A stretch of DNA of 64,000 nt from a virus. Under the pieces are notes generated by a model. It did no database searches. It had not been told where the DNA came from and saw only the letters and a program-made list of their open reading frames with translations. Positions 1 to 10,142 of the stretch are shown in pieces; position 1 is the first letter of the stretch, and every line of letters starts with the position of its first letter. The DNA is taken from positions 80,174 through 144,173 of IMG/VR virus record IMGVR_UViG_3300033149_003715; one strand, 5' to 3'. Both the position numbers and the translations under genes were made by a program.

Positions 1-1
1 C

Positions 2-622
2 TAAAACTGCGTCTGCGAATCCATACCGTACAGCTTCTCTAGCAGTCATGTACCAGTCCTCTTTTTTATCCATTTTGTCTTTAAGAAATTTTTTGATTTT
101 ATCTATATTCCAATTTTTAAAATATTGTCCTCCGCAACATTTTTCGGCATAAATATTTAGCATTTCTTGTGTGGATTTGTTATTCCATTCAATTTCTGTA
201 GTAACTTGTTTATTAGTTCCTTGTGTGGAAATAAAACCTTCGTGAATCATAAATAAACAATTTTGGGTTAAAACTCTGTATGTTGCTGCTTGTGGAATTA
301 AACTTGACATTGATCTTGCATGTGCATATGATAAAACCGTTGTGGGGGCTTCACTCATTTTTAATGCATCGTACATTGCCATTCCATATTCCCAAGAACC
401 TCCACATGTCATCATATGAATCAAAATATCATCTTTACCAAAATTATTTAAAATTCTTAAATTCCTAATAAATAATGACGCAACATTAAAATCAATATCT
501 TCTGTGTTATCTGATGGTCGCACAAATATGTCACGATTTTCAATGTCTATACCATAATAATGTATTTCTTCAATAGCTTGAGATTTTTGTGTTCTAGTTA
601 ACCTTTTCATTGTTGTGTTCAT
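2..622 (-). CDS. clpP: ClpP-like serine protease (3' end runs off window)
   Basis: Hand translation: ...IHMMTCGGSWEYGMAMYDAL...HARSMSSLIPQAA...FMIHEG...WYMTAREAVRYGFADAVL; ClpP Ser/His motifs. Not in the ORF track because it has no stop in the window. Confidence 0.85.
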   Translation of the reverse strand, partial: MNTTMKRLTRTQKSQAIEEIHYYGIDIENRDIFVRPSDNTEDIDFNVASLFIRNLRILNNFGKDDILIHMMTCGGSWEYGMAMYDALKMSEAPTTVLSYAHARSMSSLIPQAATYRVLTQNCLFMIHEGFISTQGTNKQVTTEIEWNNKSTQEMLNIYAEKCCGGQYFKNWNIDKIKKFLKDKMDKKEDWYMTAREAVRYGFADAVL

Positions 623-1067
623 TATTTTTTTTATTTGAAAGATATTTATTTACTGCGACTGCAATTGAATTCATTACATTTCGTGGCACAAACAATTTTC
701 CAATACCAACCCTCATACGATATCTGGTATATATATCAAGAGTTTCTACTCCATCTATTTTATTAATGATGTGCAGTATATTATTATCTAGATCAAAATT
801 ACAGTGCCCAATCCAAAAATTAAACAATTTACCAGGAGTAGTTTGTTCTGTTAATGGAACTACACCATTTGGAGTAGAAAGAAGGCTCACTTTAGGGTTT
901 TGTTCGCTATTATTTGGTATATTATCATTGTATGAACTATCATATTCATCGTCTTGATTAAAATTTTTTACTAATTCAGAGTATGGATCTTGCCATTTTT
1001 CCCATGCAATCATAAACTTCTGCTTATTATATTCGATATTTTTGGTTTGCATTTTATGTAATATCAT
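594..1067 (-). CDS. hypothetical protein
   Basis: 157-aa ORF overlapping its neighbours in operon fashion. Confidence 0.7.
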   Translation of the reverse strand: MILHKMQTKNIEYNKQKFMIAWEKWQDPYSELVKNFNQDDEYDSSYNDNIPNNSEQNPKVSLLSTPNGVVPLTEQTTPGKLFNFWIGHCNFDLDNNILHIINKIDGVETLDIYTRYRMRVGIGKLFVPRNVMNSIAVAVNKYLSNKKNNEHNNEKVN

Positions 1068-1767
1068 TAAAAATTATAGGGATATTATTTTGTAACTCTT
1101 TTAATAATGGTTGCATTATTTCACGCATTTGTGGATGTGCAGCACGAGATGTTCTTAATGCTAAAATATGTCTCCATTCTCTTAAATTTGCTGTACAAAC
1201 AATTTCTGTTTTTAGTGCGTGTGGTAAAACAGAACGTGCTTGTTGTGGTGACCAATTATTGTTCAATAAATTATTATATATTAAAGAAGAAGAAAATAAG
1301 GACGATAACCAGTCGTATGTATTATCATCAATATCATTTCTAGACAAAAAACTACCATCACGATGCACATTACCGCTTAAACTTTGTTGATATTTACCCG
1401 GTAATAAATTAACCCAAGGTGGAATAATAAATGTAATATTGTTATTGTATCTACAATACCTTGTACTTTCCACAGAATAAGAAGCTAATCTATGCCGTGT
1501 TAATTCTGCTAAAAATCCTCTATCTACTATAAATTTTACTGATAAATTGATATGTTCAATAACAGATAAATGTCCTATTTTGATAATTTTTTCTACAAAA
1601 TTTAAATAAGAATCAGTTGTTATTTTATATTCAGATTTATAACATGTACGAGCCGCATATTCAATTAATTTCAGGGCTTGTATACCCCATTGTTTCAGAT
1701 CCGAATCAGGATGTATGATTTGATAAAATGGTTTGATTAAATATATCTCGCTTATTGTATGTCGCAT
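1054..1767 (-). CDS. thyX: flavin-dependent thymidylate synthase
   Basis: AARTCYKS, GHLSVIEH, ELTRHRLASYSVESTRY, ARSVLP, NLREWRH, AHPQMR motifs. Confidence 0.95.
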   Translation of the reverse strand: MRHTISEIYLIKPFYQIIHPDSDLKQWGIQALKLIEYAARTCYKSEYKITTDSYLNFVEKIIKIGHLSVIEHINLSVKFIVDRGFLAELTRHRLASYSVESTRYCRYNNNITFIIPPWVNLLPGKYQQSLSGNVHRDGSFLSRNDIDDNTYDWLSSLFSSSLIYNNLLNNNWSPQQARSVLPHALKTEIVCTANLREWRHILALRTSRAAHPQMREIMQPLLKELQNNIPIIFNDIT

Positions 1768-1811
1768 ATTACTAACACCTTTTATTTATATATTATCTAT
1801 ATTCATGTAAT

Positions 1812-2210
1812 TTAATCAACAAAGGTAAAGTTTGTCGATGTTGGTGTTGTTAAAGCAGATAATGGCGATATAACAGGATGTGTATTTGCTGTTTTATCAG
1901 CAGTTTCCCAGCTTTTCAAAACATTCTGCACAAAGCTTTTAAGTAAAATATTTTGACTATTATGCGATAATATTCTGTTTTTAATACCATCATCTAAACA
2001 ACCATTTGTTATATAATATATCAATTCTCCCAAATATTTAGCTACATCTTGATTAGCTAATATCCACTCACAATCTATATGTATTTTACCATTAAGCAAT
2101 AATGTGAAACTAACATTGGCAACTGGTGTTAATTCTGGGGGTAAATTTTGTAATTCTTGTTTATCTAATTGATCTGAAGATTCTTGTTGGTTTGTATTAT
2201 TTGTTGTCAT
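1812..2210 (-). CDS. hypothetical protein
   Basis: 132-aa ORF in co-directional gene run. Confidence 0.65.
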   Translation of the reverse strand: MTTNNTNQQESSDQLDKQELQNLPPELTPVANVSFTLLLNGKIHIDCEWILANQDVAKYLGELIYYITNGCLDDGIKNRILSHNSQNILLKSFVQNVLKSWETADKTANTHPVISPLSALTTPTSTNFTFVD

Positions 2211-2219
2211 ATTTTACCC

Positions 2220-2531
2220 TTAAGCTACTAGATGTTTTGATGCCTGTACCCAATTGTATCCATGATTTAATTTAGTTTCTAAAGGAATCATACACTTATA
2301 AACAATGTATAAATTTTCATTTATTGTTGATACTTCATACAATTCTGGGTTAACCCATGCAATATCTAGATCTACACATTGTTCAAATAATTCCGTTAAC
2401 GTATGATATATACTCTTATCGGTTAATAAAATTTCTGGTTGATTGCCGTTATCATTGCCAACAAAATACATGGAACCGTTTTGCAAATTTACACCAATGA
2501 TTGTTAATTTAATTTTAACTATGTATTTCAT
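2220..2531 (-). CDS. hypothetical protein
   Basis: 103-aa ORF, overlaps upstream gene stop. Confidence 0.65.
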   Translation of the reverse strand: MKYIVKIKLTIIGVNLQNGSMYFVGNDNGNQPEILLTDKSIYHTLTELFEQCVDLDIAWVNPELYEVSTINENLYIVYKCMIPLETKLNHGYNWVQASKHLVA

Positions 2532-3099
2532 CTTGATAGTGTTTTCTAAGTTTTCTTATGGCTTTTTTGTATGTATATTCGACAGCAGACTTGGTTATAC
2601 CAAATTTTGCACCAATGGCTTGAAATGTTAGGTTATCAACGTGATACATATGTACATATTGGCGTTCTCGTGTGGTTAATAGTTGGGATTGTAATAATTC
2701 CTCAATAGTTTCTTGCTTAATGATATGATCTAATGGTGTTTTGTTCTGAATAAATGTAAAATGATAATTGTTTGGTTGAACATCTTTGCAATTAAAGTAA
2801 TTATGTATAATTTTTTTAAGTACCCAATATACTTTTTGGTACCTATAAGCAGATTTGGTTGTATTATTACAACGTTTTTCTTCCCATGTCCAATCCGCCA
2901 TCATAATTGCCGTAGCTACATTACCCACAATATCATCACTATTTAACATAATATTTCTTAAGTATGAGCAATGCTTTGTAGTAAAATAATTAATACATCG
3001 TCTTGATAAATTCAAATATATTGATAAGGGCTCAAATTCATCATTTGTTTTGGTGGGTTTAGATTTACGTGGATTTTTTATGGCAGTTAAATCAATCAT
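2515..3099 (-). CDS. sigma-70-like factor / region-4 HTH protein
   Basis: C-terminal LTTRERQYVHMYH...LTFQAIGAKFGITKSAVE...AIRKLR resembles sigma region 4. Confidence 0.7.
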   Translation of the reverse strand: MIDLTAIKNPRKSKPTKTNDEFEPLSIYLNLSRRCINYFTTKHCSYLRNIMLNSDDIVGNVATAIMMADWTWEEKRCNNTTKSAYRYQKVYWVLKKIIHNYFNCKDVQPNNYHFTFIQNKTPLDHIIKQETIEELLQSQLLTTRERQYVHMYHVDNLTFQAIGAKFGITKSAVEYTYKKAIRKLRKHYQDEIHS

Positions 3100-3103
3100 A
3101 TAT

Positions 3104-3298
3104 TTATCTTTTGTGTGTTTTTGTTTTATTTCTGATTCTTTCTATTTCAATCATTAGACCTTTTTCAATTATAGCCGACGATGTTGGTGAACATTGTAGT
3201 TTTTCAGCTTCAGATAAAGCCCAATCTGGAACTTTACCGTTTGGCCAAATACCAGTAGTTTTTAATGTTTTGATGTCATCGTATTCACTCATTATCAT
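3104..3298 (-). CDS. hypothetical protein
   Basis: 64-aa ORF with AGGAG RBS. Confidence 0.6.
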   Translation of the reverse strand: MIMSEYDDIKTLKTTGIWPNGKVPDWALSEAEKLQCSPTSSAIIEKGLMIEIERIRNKTKTHKR

Positions 3299-3321
3299 AC
3301 TCCTAAGATTATTCTCATATT

Positions 3322-4410
3322 TTATTCAAGTATATTAATAAGTTTCTGTACTGAATTTTCCCAAGTGAATTGTTTAGCCGTTTCAATACCCTCCTGATTA
3401 GACGGTCTTTCTTTATAGACATAACGCATATAATCTACTATTTGATCTATATGCTTATCAGTGATTTTACCCCATTGTCCTTGTCCATAAAACCATTTTG
3501 TATGAGGAAAAACATTGGATACGTTATCATATGCATCTTCTAATTCATCAATTTCTAATAGATAAGAATTATCATCATTAACGTATTCTGAATGTCCACT
3601 ATAATTTGTTGTAATAACTGGTTTACCGCATGATAAAGACTGTAAAATTGGTAATCCAAATCCTTCTGCTCGTGTTGGAAATATACAGCAGTGTGCAGTA
3701 TTAATTATATGTGCTAATAATTTATCAGTTTCAACTGGTGGTACAAAAATTATTTTATTACCAAGTGGTGTAGATTTATAATATTTTTCCCATTCTTGTA
3801 TCTCCTGTGGTGTTAGAAATGGATTGTGCCACATCATACCTAAGACTACATTGTCTTTTTGGGTAAATGCTTTATTAAACGCCTGAATAAGTACATCATG
3901 TCCTTTTCTTTTTTCGATTTTGGCTATGTTTAAAAAGTAAAAATTGTCTGTATGTTGGTATACTGTTTGTGGATAAAAAATTGATCTATCTACGCCTAAT
4001 GGCACAACAGATACATTACATTTTACCCGATGGTTACATAAAATATTTGCTGCCCACTCAGAAGCTACACATATATGATCCATGTAATTGATATTATATA
4101 AACTAACAGTACCTAATTTGTTTAATTCAAAAAATGGAAATCCAATATATTTACCTTTACCAATTGTTTTTTCAATTAAACCAAATTCATGCCATATAAT
4201 TAAACATGGATCATTGATATTTATATCGTAGTTAGATTTAATACATTGTTTTAGTGTATCTTGATATTCCGACGGAATTAACGGTTGACCAATTGAAAAA
4301 TATTTAACATTATAATATTGTTGCAAATTTATTAATAAATTAAAACATGCGTGTCCATATCCCAACTGAATATTTGATGGACCGTGAATTATTAAATTAT
4401 TTTTAGACAT
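3322..4410 (-). CDS. GT-B (GT4-like) glycosyltransferase
   Basis: VVPLGVD, KRKGHDVLI, PTRAEGFGLPILQSLSCGKPVITT. Confidence 0.9.
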   Translation of the reverse strand: MSKNNLIIHGPSNIQLGYGHACFNLLINLQQYYNVKYFSIGQPLIPSEYQDTLKQCIKSNYDININDPCLIIWHEFGLIEKTIGKGKYIGFPFFELNKLGTVSLYNINYMDHICVASEWAANILCNHRVKCNVSVVPLGVDRSIFYPQTVYQHTDNFYFLNIAKIEKRKGHDVLIQAFNKAFTQKDNVVLGMMWHNPFLTPQEIQEWEKYYKSTPLGNKIIFVPPVETDKLLAHIINTAHCCIFPTRAEGFGLPILQSLSCGKPVITTNYSGHSEYVNDDNSYLLEIDELEDAYDNVSNVFPHTKWFYGQGQWGKITDKHIDQIVDYMRYVYKERPSNQEGIETAKQFTWENSVQKLINILE

Positions 4411-4437
4411 ATACTTTAAGTTCTTTGTTTTTTATTA

Positions 4438-4722
4438 TTAATGTTCTTCTACTCTATTGTAAAATTTTACTCCAATTTTTTTGAGTGTTGGTATAATTTT
4501 TTGTACAAAACATTGTGGACATATATCTGCTTTTGTAACATCCGCATAGTATGAATCAGGATATTGTTTACCTGTTCTTATTTCAATGGTTGTTTCTTGT
4601 ATGTCGTATAGTCCATCATCCCAAACACTTTGGTGTTTTTTTTGTTTCCCACACAAATCGCATTGAATATAATCTACCTGCGTAACTTGTTGTGTTATTG
4701 TTTTTTTTGTGTACTTAATCAT
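4438..4722 (-). CDS. small Zn-binding hypothetical protein
   Basis: CDLC...CPQC. Confidence 0.65.
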   Translation of the reverse strand: MIKYTKKTITQQVTQVDYIQCDLCGKQKKHQSVWDDGLYDIQETTIEIRTGKQYPDSYYADVTKADICPQCFVQKIIPTLKKIGVKFYNRVEEH

Positions 4723-4993
4723 TTTTTATCTCTTGAGATGTTATAGTTAAATCAACATATTCATTCATATATTGTAACATAGCCCTAGATAAAGTTTGTT
4801 GAAATTTCAGTCTTTTTAATTGTTGTTCGTTCATGTTTGCTAAAGATCCATATTGACGTTTTAACCGATTGTGTTTCTTACGTGCCCTGCAAACTTCTTT
4901 TTTAGGTGGTAAGTTAGCAAGAATTTTGCCCCATTGTAACATTTTTTCTATGCGATATTTTTCTTTTTGTTTAGTATTCATATATAATACCAT
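4715..4993 (-). CDS. hypothetical protein
   Basis: 92-aa basic ORF. Confidence 0.55.
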   Translation of the reverse strand: MVLYMNTKQKEKYRIEKMLQWGKILANLPPKKEVCRARKKHNRLKRQYGSLANMNEQQLKRLKFQQTLSRAMLQYMNEYVDLTITSQEIKND

Positions 4994-5244
4994 TTTCGAT
5001 AGGAGTAGAATTGTGATTTAGGAAGGAATAAAAAAATATCATCCTCCACCCCACCCTCCAACCGCCACTTTTTATAGTGCTTAGCACGCACTGTTAGTAA
5101 TCTCTTCCTAAATGATAGCGAGTCATTTAGTATTTAGTTCGCTAGAAATGTATAATGATATCTATGAATATTACCCGTTCTTTTTGTGAACCCAGTATAT
5201 ATTATCATAAATATCTTAGAATACATCTCACTAAATCGAGATTA

Positions 5245-5514
5245 CTATTTGGGTCTTCCGATAACAGCTTTAATACCATCCGCCAAAGAAATAGTACGAA
5301 AACTATCAGGTTTAAATTCGGTTGGTTCTTTTTGTCTTAATCGAAAACTCTTACTTGTTTCATCCACATTTGATGATTTAAAACCGTGATTTTTAGCCCA
5401 TTTTTTAGCTTGTTGTTTAGTAAATTTATCTTTACTAAAAATTAAAGTTTGTATAGTAGTCTTTTCTTGTGCTATATTTAAATTTGTCAATACTTCATTA
5501 ATAATTTTATTCAT
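5245..5514 (-). CDS. small phage protein, possibly head-associated
   Basis: QTLIFSKDKFT...AKKWAKNHGFK...FRLRQ...GIKAVIG pattern recalled from phage proteins. Confidence 0.55.
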   Translation of the reverse strand: MNKIINEVLTNLNIAQEKTTIQTLIFSKDKFTKQQAKKWAKNHGFKSSNVDETSKSFRLRQKEPTEFKPDSFRTISLADGIKAVIGRPK

Positions 5515-5522
5515 AAGTACAA

Positions 5523-5798
5523 TTATCTCCTAAATAATCGAAACCCACGCCGAACAGAGTATGTATTTATAGTATTGTTCATGCTTTGTATAGTCGGGGT
5601 TTTTTCTTTCACATTTTGCTTATTCAACTTTTCTTGAATTGTCGAAGTAGTAGTAGGAGTTGATGTTTCTTCTTTCATAATAATTAACGTAATTGTACTA
5701 GCTATCAACGATTTATATTCATAAGCAAATGTAGATTGTAATAAAAGAAAGAATGTTACTAACGCAAAAATTAGTTTTTTAAACATGATATGCTCCAT
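5523..5798 (-). CDS. secreted/membrane hypothetical protein
   Basis: N-terminal hydrophobic signal-like segment, Thr-rich linker, Arg-rich tail. Confidence 0.6.
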   Translation of the reverse strand: MEHIMFKKLIFALVTFFLLLQSTFAYEYKSLIASTITLIIMKEETSTPTTTSTIQEKLNKQNVKEKTPTIQSMNNTINTYSVRRGFRLFRR

Positions 5799-5801
5799 AA
5801 A

Positions 5802-6731
5802 TTACAAATATGTGTTAAATCCATAGTCTGGTATATTTTGTGCCCTAAAACCTTTATAATCAGAATATGCAAAACAATCATTACCAGCAAAAACTTTATC
5901 GCAAATATCAGCCTCTTCCCACCAAGAACATACTTTCATATTATTTGGCATATCATCAGGCCAATGTCCACCACTAACGTGATCTCCCCAGCCAGTATTT
6001 GTTTTTAATAATGCCGGCTTTGGTTCCCATCGTACACCAATATAATTCATTGCATGTGCAATTTTACTACCACCATATCCATATCCATTTTTATCCCGTC
6101 TACGTGGTACTGGATTGCGACTATGTGCATTTGTAATTGGGTATCCATTTTGAATAAATCGTGCCGCAGTTTCAAAATCTTTGATTAACGTAGTATCTTT
6201 AACAATGTGTTCTCTAGCAATGGGTTCTAAACTATCAGGTACACCAACACGTCCATATTGTTTTGCTCGTTTACCACTGTATTGTCTAAAGTCATATTTA
6301 TTAAGATATGTTGTTCTATGTAATGTACCACATTGAATAACCGATTTAGCTCCTGCGGAACCGTATGATCCATCCCTACTATAATTTGGCCTTCCAAAAA
6401 TTTCCACACGCATAAAACCATATGAAGTTTCACTACAAACTTGAAACATTGCCTGTTCTGGTAGATTTTTAAGATAAATTTGTACACCCATTAACACATC
6501 TATCGCATGTGCTGTGGACCAAGAAACACAATCACCAATTCCTTGATAACCATAATTCCAATTTTGAAAAGCTTGAAATAAATATGGATATAATATTACA
6601 TTTTTTTTCTCATCCCTAAATTTTTGTTGTGCAATTTTCTTACCATCGGGTTCATTACCCAGTTTTGCCCATAAATTTAGAAAAAGATCAGTTTCTCTAG
6701 GGTTTGGAATATATCCTGTATATTGTGTCAT
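5802..6731 (-). CDS. papain-like (C1) cysteine peptidase
   Basis: Q-G-x-G-D-C-V-S-W, HAMNYIG and NTGWG catalytic-triad-like motifs. Confidence 0.75.
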   Translation of the reverse strand: MTQYTGYIPNPRETDLFLNLWAKLGNEPDGKKIAQQKFRDEKKNVILYPYLFQAFQNWNYGYQGIGDCVSWSTAHAIDVLMGVQIYLKNLPEQAMFQVCSETSYGFMRVEIFGRPNYSRDGSYGSAGAKSVIQCGTLHRTTYLNKYDFRQYSGKRAKQYGRVGVPDSLEPIAREHIVKDTTLIKDFETAARFIQNGYPITNAHSRNPVPRRRDKNGYGYGGSKIAHAMNYIGVRWEPKPALLKTNTGWGDHVSGGHWPDDMPNNMKVCSWWEEADICDKVFAGNDCFAYSDYKGFRAQNIPDYGFNTYL

Positions 6732-6759
6732 ATTAATACCTTATCATATATTTTACAAC

Positions 6760-6831
6760 AGCCGGTTGTAGGATTTGAACCCACTTTCTCTGATTACAAA
6801 TCAGTTGCTCTACCAATTGAGCTAAACCGGC
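6760..6831 (-). tRNA. tRNA-Thr(UGU)
   Basis: GCCGGTT acceptor, GCTC/GAGC D arm, ACTGA-TTTGTAA-TCAGA anticodon arm, GTGGG-TTCAAAT-CCTAC T arm; no encoded CCA. Confidence 0.92.
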
Positions 6832-6836
6832 ACTTC

Positions 6837-7373
6837 TTATACTTCATTACCCCAAGCATCCCAACCTTTTATTTTTTCTCTTGCAAATAATTCGATACGT
6901 GGTAAATCACCAACAAGTTTAACAATTCGTTTTCTCACCTCGTTTGGTTTCTTACTATGTTCTTCGATGGATGTATCAATAATCGAGTGAATTCCTGCAT
7001 TTATTCTTTTTGGTTTTCCTTTTGTTGCTAAAAGGCACAATTCAGCATTTGCCCTAGTCCAATTACCCATTCCCCAAAACCAACTATTAGATTTTTTATT
7101 TCTTTTTACCCAAGTAAACGCTACTGTTTTATATTTGAAACCCCATTTTTCTATTAAATCCCAACACTCATTAAGTTTTGGCATTGTTACCCAAAGAAAA
7201 AGAATACAATTTTTATCAGTTATTTGAGTAACAGGCAAATTATCAAGATAATTTTTATCCAATGTTTGATATTTACACCCAGCCCCTCTATTACCTGCAA
7301 GAGCTTTATCTTTATAGCTCCACGGCGGATCGGCATAAATGATTTGATATTTCTTATTAGGAAATGGTATCAT
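6837..7373 (-). CDS. MT-A70 family N6-adenine methyltransferase
   Basis: IIYADPPW, LFLWVT, WGFKYKTVAFTWVK, GNWTRANAE, HSKKP, IELFAR, GWDAWGNEV; start taken at MIPFP. Confidence 0.92.
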   Translation of the reverse strand: MIPFPNKKYQIIYADPPWSYKDKALAGNRGAGCKYQTLDKNYLDNLPVTQITDKNCILFLWVTMPKLNECWDLIEKWGFKYKTVAFTWVKRNKKSNSWFWGMGNWTRANAELCLLATKGKPKRINAGIHSIIDTSIEEHSKKPNEVRKRIVKLVGDLPRIELFAREKIKGWDAWGNEV

Positions 7374-8233
7374 TTTTTGCCACTTTCCAAACAAGCCCAC
7401 GCAATTGCTTTAAAAGTATCTTGAGCATATTGCCTCGTAGTGTTAGTTAATTCTTTATCTTCTAATCCAAGAACTTCTTTTACAATATTATTTAACATTT
7501 CAGATAAACCGGGATACTTACCTTGCATACCAGTTTGTTGAAACATTAAATTACCAGCACTAACATTAGCTTCTCTAATATGCCTTACATGTGTAATGAT
7601 TTCCTTATCACGCATAATAATATTAGCGAAGTCTAAATAAAATTTAGCTAATTCAATACTATCCTTTTTAGCATCAGGACCATTTAATAATGTAGTAATA
7701 GGTATTACTTTTTGTTTATAGTATTCGTGAGGTTCTGGTACAACAATAGAATCAGGATTAGGATTTGGTAGTGGATTTGGTGTCCCATTAATAAGTACGT
7801 GTTCTGCAATATCAGCCTTATTATTTTGTACCGCAACAAAAATAAAATAATATGTTCCTGCTGTTTTGCTCGTAAAGTGTGCTAAATAATGAACAATTGG
7901 TTGTCCGTTACTATCCATTCCACCAAACAATGGTAATTCAGTCAAATTGCTTTGGGCTTCTGTTGGATATACTCGCCAATAAAATGTGTTACCAACAGAA
8001 CCAGTTGTTCTTAACCAAACTGTATCACCAATTTCAACAGATTCAGGAGCTTCTATAATAGCTTTTGGAATATCGGATGTACTAATTGCATCAGGTTTTA
8101 TAATATTTGGTGTAACCACATTTGTTTGTGGTTTGTTATCTTCTATAATTTGAGAATTAACTACGGCGTTCCATAATCCTACCACAAGTCCTAAAATTAC
8201 AATAAACTTTTTCATAACATATCCTTTGATCAA
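7370..8233 (-). CDS. secreted/membrane protein with Pro-Asn linker
   Basis: Signal-like N-terminus, beta-rich domain, PNPLPNPNP linker, helical C-terminal domain. Confidence 0.7.
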   Translation of the reverse strand: MIKGYVMKKFIVILGLVVGLWNAVVNSQIIEDNKPQTNVVTPNIIKPDAISTSDIPKAIIEAPESVEIGDTVWLRTTGSVGNTFYWRVYPTEAQSNLTELPLFGGMDSNGQPIVHYLAHFTSKTAGTYYFIFVAVQNNKADIAEHVLINGTPNPLPNPNPDSIVVPEPHEYYKQKVIPITTLLNGPDAKKDSIELAKFYLDFANIIMRDKEIITHVRHIREANVSAGNLMFQQTGMQGKYPGLSEMLNNIVKEVLGLEDKELTNTTRQYAQDTFKAIAWACLESGKK

Positions 8234-8581
8234 TTATGAATCAATTGTATTATACAATTCTTCAATTTCTTTTGATGTAGCTTGGGCTCCGGTTTTTAAT
8301 AGAGCGTTTACTACATCTGGACCATATTCTCGATATGCCCTGCGACCTAATACACGACGAGTTTTGGTGACTAACACACGTCTTTGTAGCCAGGTTGGTG
8401 ACTTGGCCATTTGAGGTATATCTTCTGGGGTTTTATCACACCATTCAATAATTTGGGGAATGATTGTAGAAAGTAGCTCCATAATTAATAAGATAATAGT
8501 TGGATCAAATCTTGCAGAATTGTGCTTTGAATCAATATTTCCAACAACTCTTTCGGTAAAATTTCGTAGTGGATCGTTCAT
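8234..8581 (-). CDS. hypothetical membrane-associated protein
   Basis: FDPTIILLIMELLSTIIPQII hydrophobic segment. Confidence 0.65.
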   Translation of the reverse strand: MNDPLRNFTERVVGNIDSKHNSARFDPTIILLIMELLSTIIPQIIEWCDKTPEDIPQMAKSPTWLQRRVLVTKTRRVLGRRAYREYGPDVVNALLKTGAQATSKEIEELYNTIDS

Positions 8582-8880
8582 TTCAATTATCCTTTTCTAA
8601 ATTAAGATTTATGTTACTCTTTATATATATACACAAAAAATATTATTTCTTAACAAACTCATTAAAGTTCAATAACACTAATTAACCAAAAAATATACTT
8701 TTTATCCCATTAAGTATAAATCTGATATTTTTTCTTTGGCTTTTTTGGGTGTTCTTTCTTTTTTACACATTTTAGGCATAATTTATTATTTGAGATGGGA
8801 ACATGGTACACTTTACATTGTGGACACTTTACCGTATCATATATGTACACCTGCTGTGGAAAAATTGTTTGCATTATTAG

Positions 8881-9291
8881 TTAGTTACTAATTTTCAACT
8901 TAATCGGCTCCTCGATTTGTTTTTTGGGAATCTTAATATATAAAACACCATTGTTGAGAGAAACTGATGCTTTTTTGAGCATATATGTTTCACTATCCAC
9001 GTAGAAATCTGTTCTTAGTTTATCACTACGATTTCTAGATTGGTATTTAATATTTGCAGATTTTTGTTGTACAGTAGCTTTATTACATTTTACAGTTAAT
9101 GTATGATCTCTGACAGAAATATCAATTTCATCCTCGGTAAAACCAGGAACTTCTATTTCTAAAATTAATTCTGTATCAGTTGTTATAACATTTGATTTTG
9201 GTTTTGGTACTGATGTTGTTTTTGGATAGAGATCAGAAAAAATGAACGGATAACTAAATAAATTATCAAATAATCGTGTTGTATTAGACAT
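8881..9291 (-). CDS. small heat-shock protein (Hsp20)
   Basis: EIEVPGFTEDEIDISV...SLNNGVLYIKIPK alpha-crystallin motifs. Confidence 0.88.
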   Translation of the reverse strand: MSNTTRLFDNLFSYPFIFSDLYPKTTSVPKPKSNVITTDTELILEIEVPGFTEDEIDISVRDHTLTVKCNKATVQQKSANIKYQSRNRSDKLRTDFYVDSETYMLKKASVSLNNGVLYIKIPKKQIEEPIKLKISN

Positions 9292-9325
9292 TTGTTCCTC
9301 CTATTCGTATACTTTTAAAATATTA

Positions 9326-10129
9326 TTACGTAAAATTCATCCAAAGACATTCTTTTTTTCGATTCTTTTTCTTACTGCCTGAAGCATGATTTGCAATATT
9401 AAATTCTACTCTATTCCATGTCGAATAAAGTTCGTCATAAAGTTTAGACGGATAACCACTTATAACAACCATACTTTTGCACGTAGTCAAAATCGCTGCC
9501 AAATTTCTATGGTCTTCATCAGTCATTTCCTGGTTGTATATATTGCGACTGTTTTGTTGTCTCGTAGATGAAACATAAGGTGGATCACAATAAATCAAAG
9601 TTTCGGGACTATCCCATTTCTGGATAACTTTTTCTGCTGGACGATTTAAAATTTCTACTGATCGGAGTCTTTCTACTATCATAGGAAGTTGTTCATCAAT
9701 AATAGAAAGATACCCAGATACCACATCAGCCATTCCTTTTCTAGCACGATGTAATGTAAAACTAAAAGAATCACCACGTCCACCAAGTGATAATCTCCAT
9801 CGTATAAAATCTCGACGAGCTTGCTCTATTTCATCTTTTGCCGACTCTGTTGATTCATAAAATTCGATTTCACTGTAAGGTGTCAAGGTAAGTCGTTTTT
9901 GTAATTCTTTCCCGTGATCACGAAGTACCCGAAATAGTCGAGTTATCCTAGAATCAATGTCATTATAAACTTCAATCATAGAAGGAGATTTATTTAATAA
10001 TACTGAAGCTGCACCACCAAACGGTTCTAGGTAAGTATGATGAGGTGGAAAATACTTAATAATAAGATGTGCTAAATAATACTTTCCACCATGCCATTTT
10101 ACTGGTGGTCTAAGTTTCTTTTTCTGCAT
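9326..10129 (-). CDS. Dam-like (D12 class) DNA adenine methyltransferase
   Basis: KWHGGK, YLEPFGGAASVL, EVYND, YCDPPY. Confidence 0.93.
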   Translation of the reverse strand: MQKKKLRPPVKWHGGKYYLAHLIIKYFPPHHTYLEPFGGAASVLLNKSPSMIEVYNDIDSRITRLFRVLRDHGKELQKRLTLTPYSEIEFYESTESAKDEIEQARRDFIRWRLSLGGRGDSFSFTLHRARKGMADVVSGYLSIIDEQLPMIVERLRSVEILNRPAEKVIQKWDSPETLIYCDPPYVSSTRQQNSRNIYNQEMTDEDHRNLAAILTTCKSMVVISGYPSKLYDELYSTWNRVEFNIANHASGSKKKNRKKECLWMNFT

Positions 10130-10142
10130 TTACTTTTATATT

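Noticed and set aside
6760-6831. tRNA-Thr as a prophage attachment site
   Set aside because: No integrase and no duplicated tRNA 3' end seen; both flanks look phage-like.
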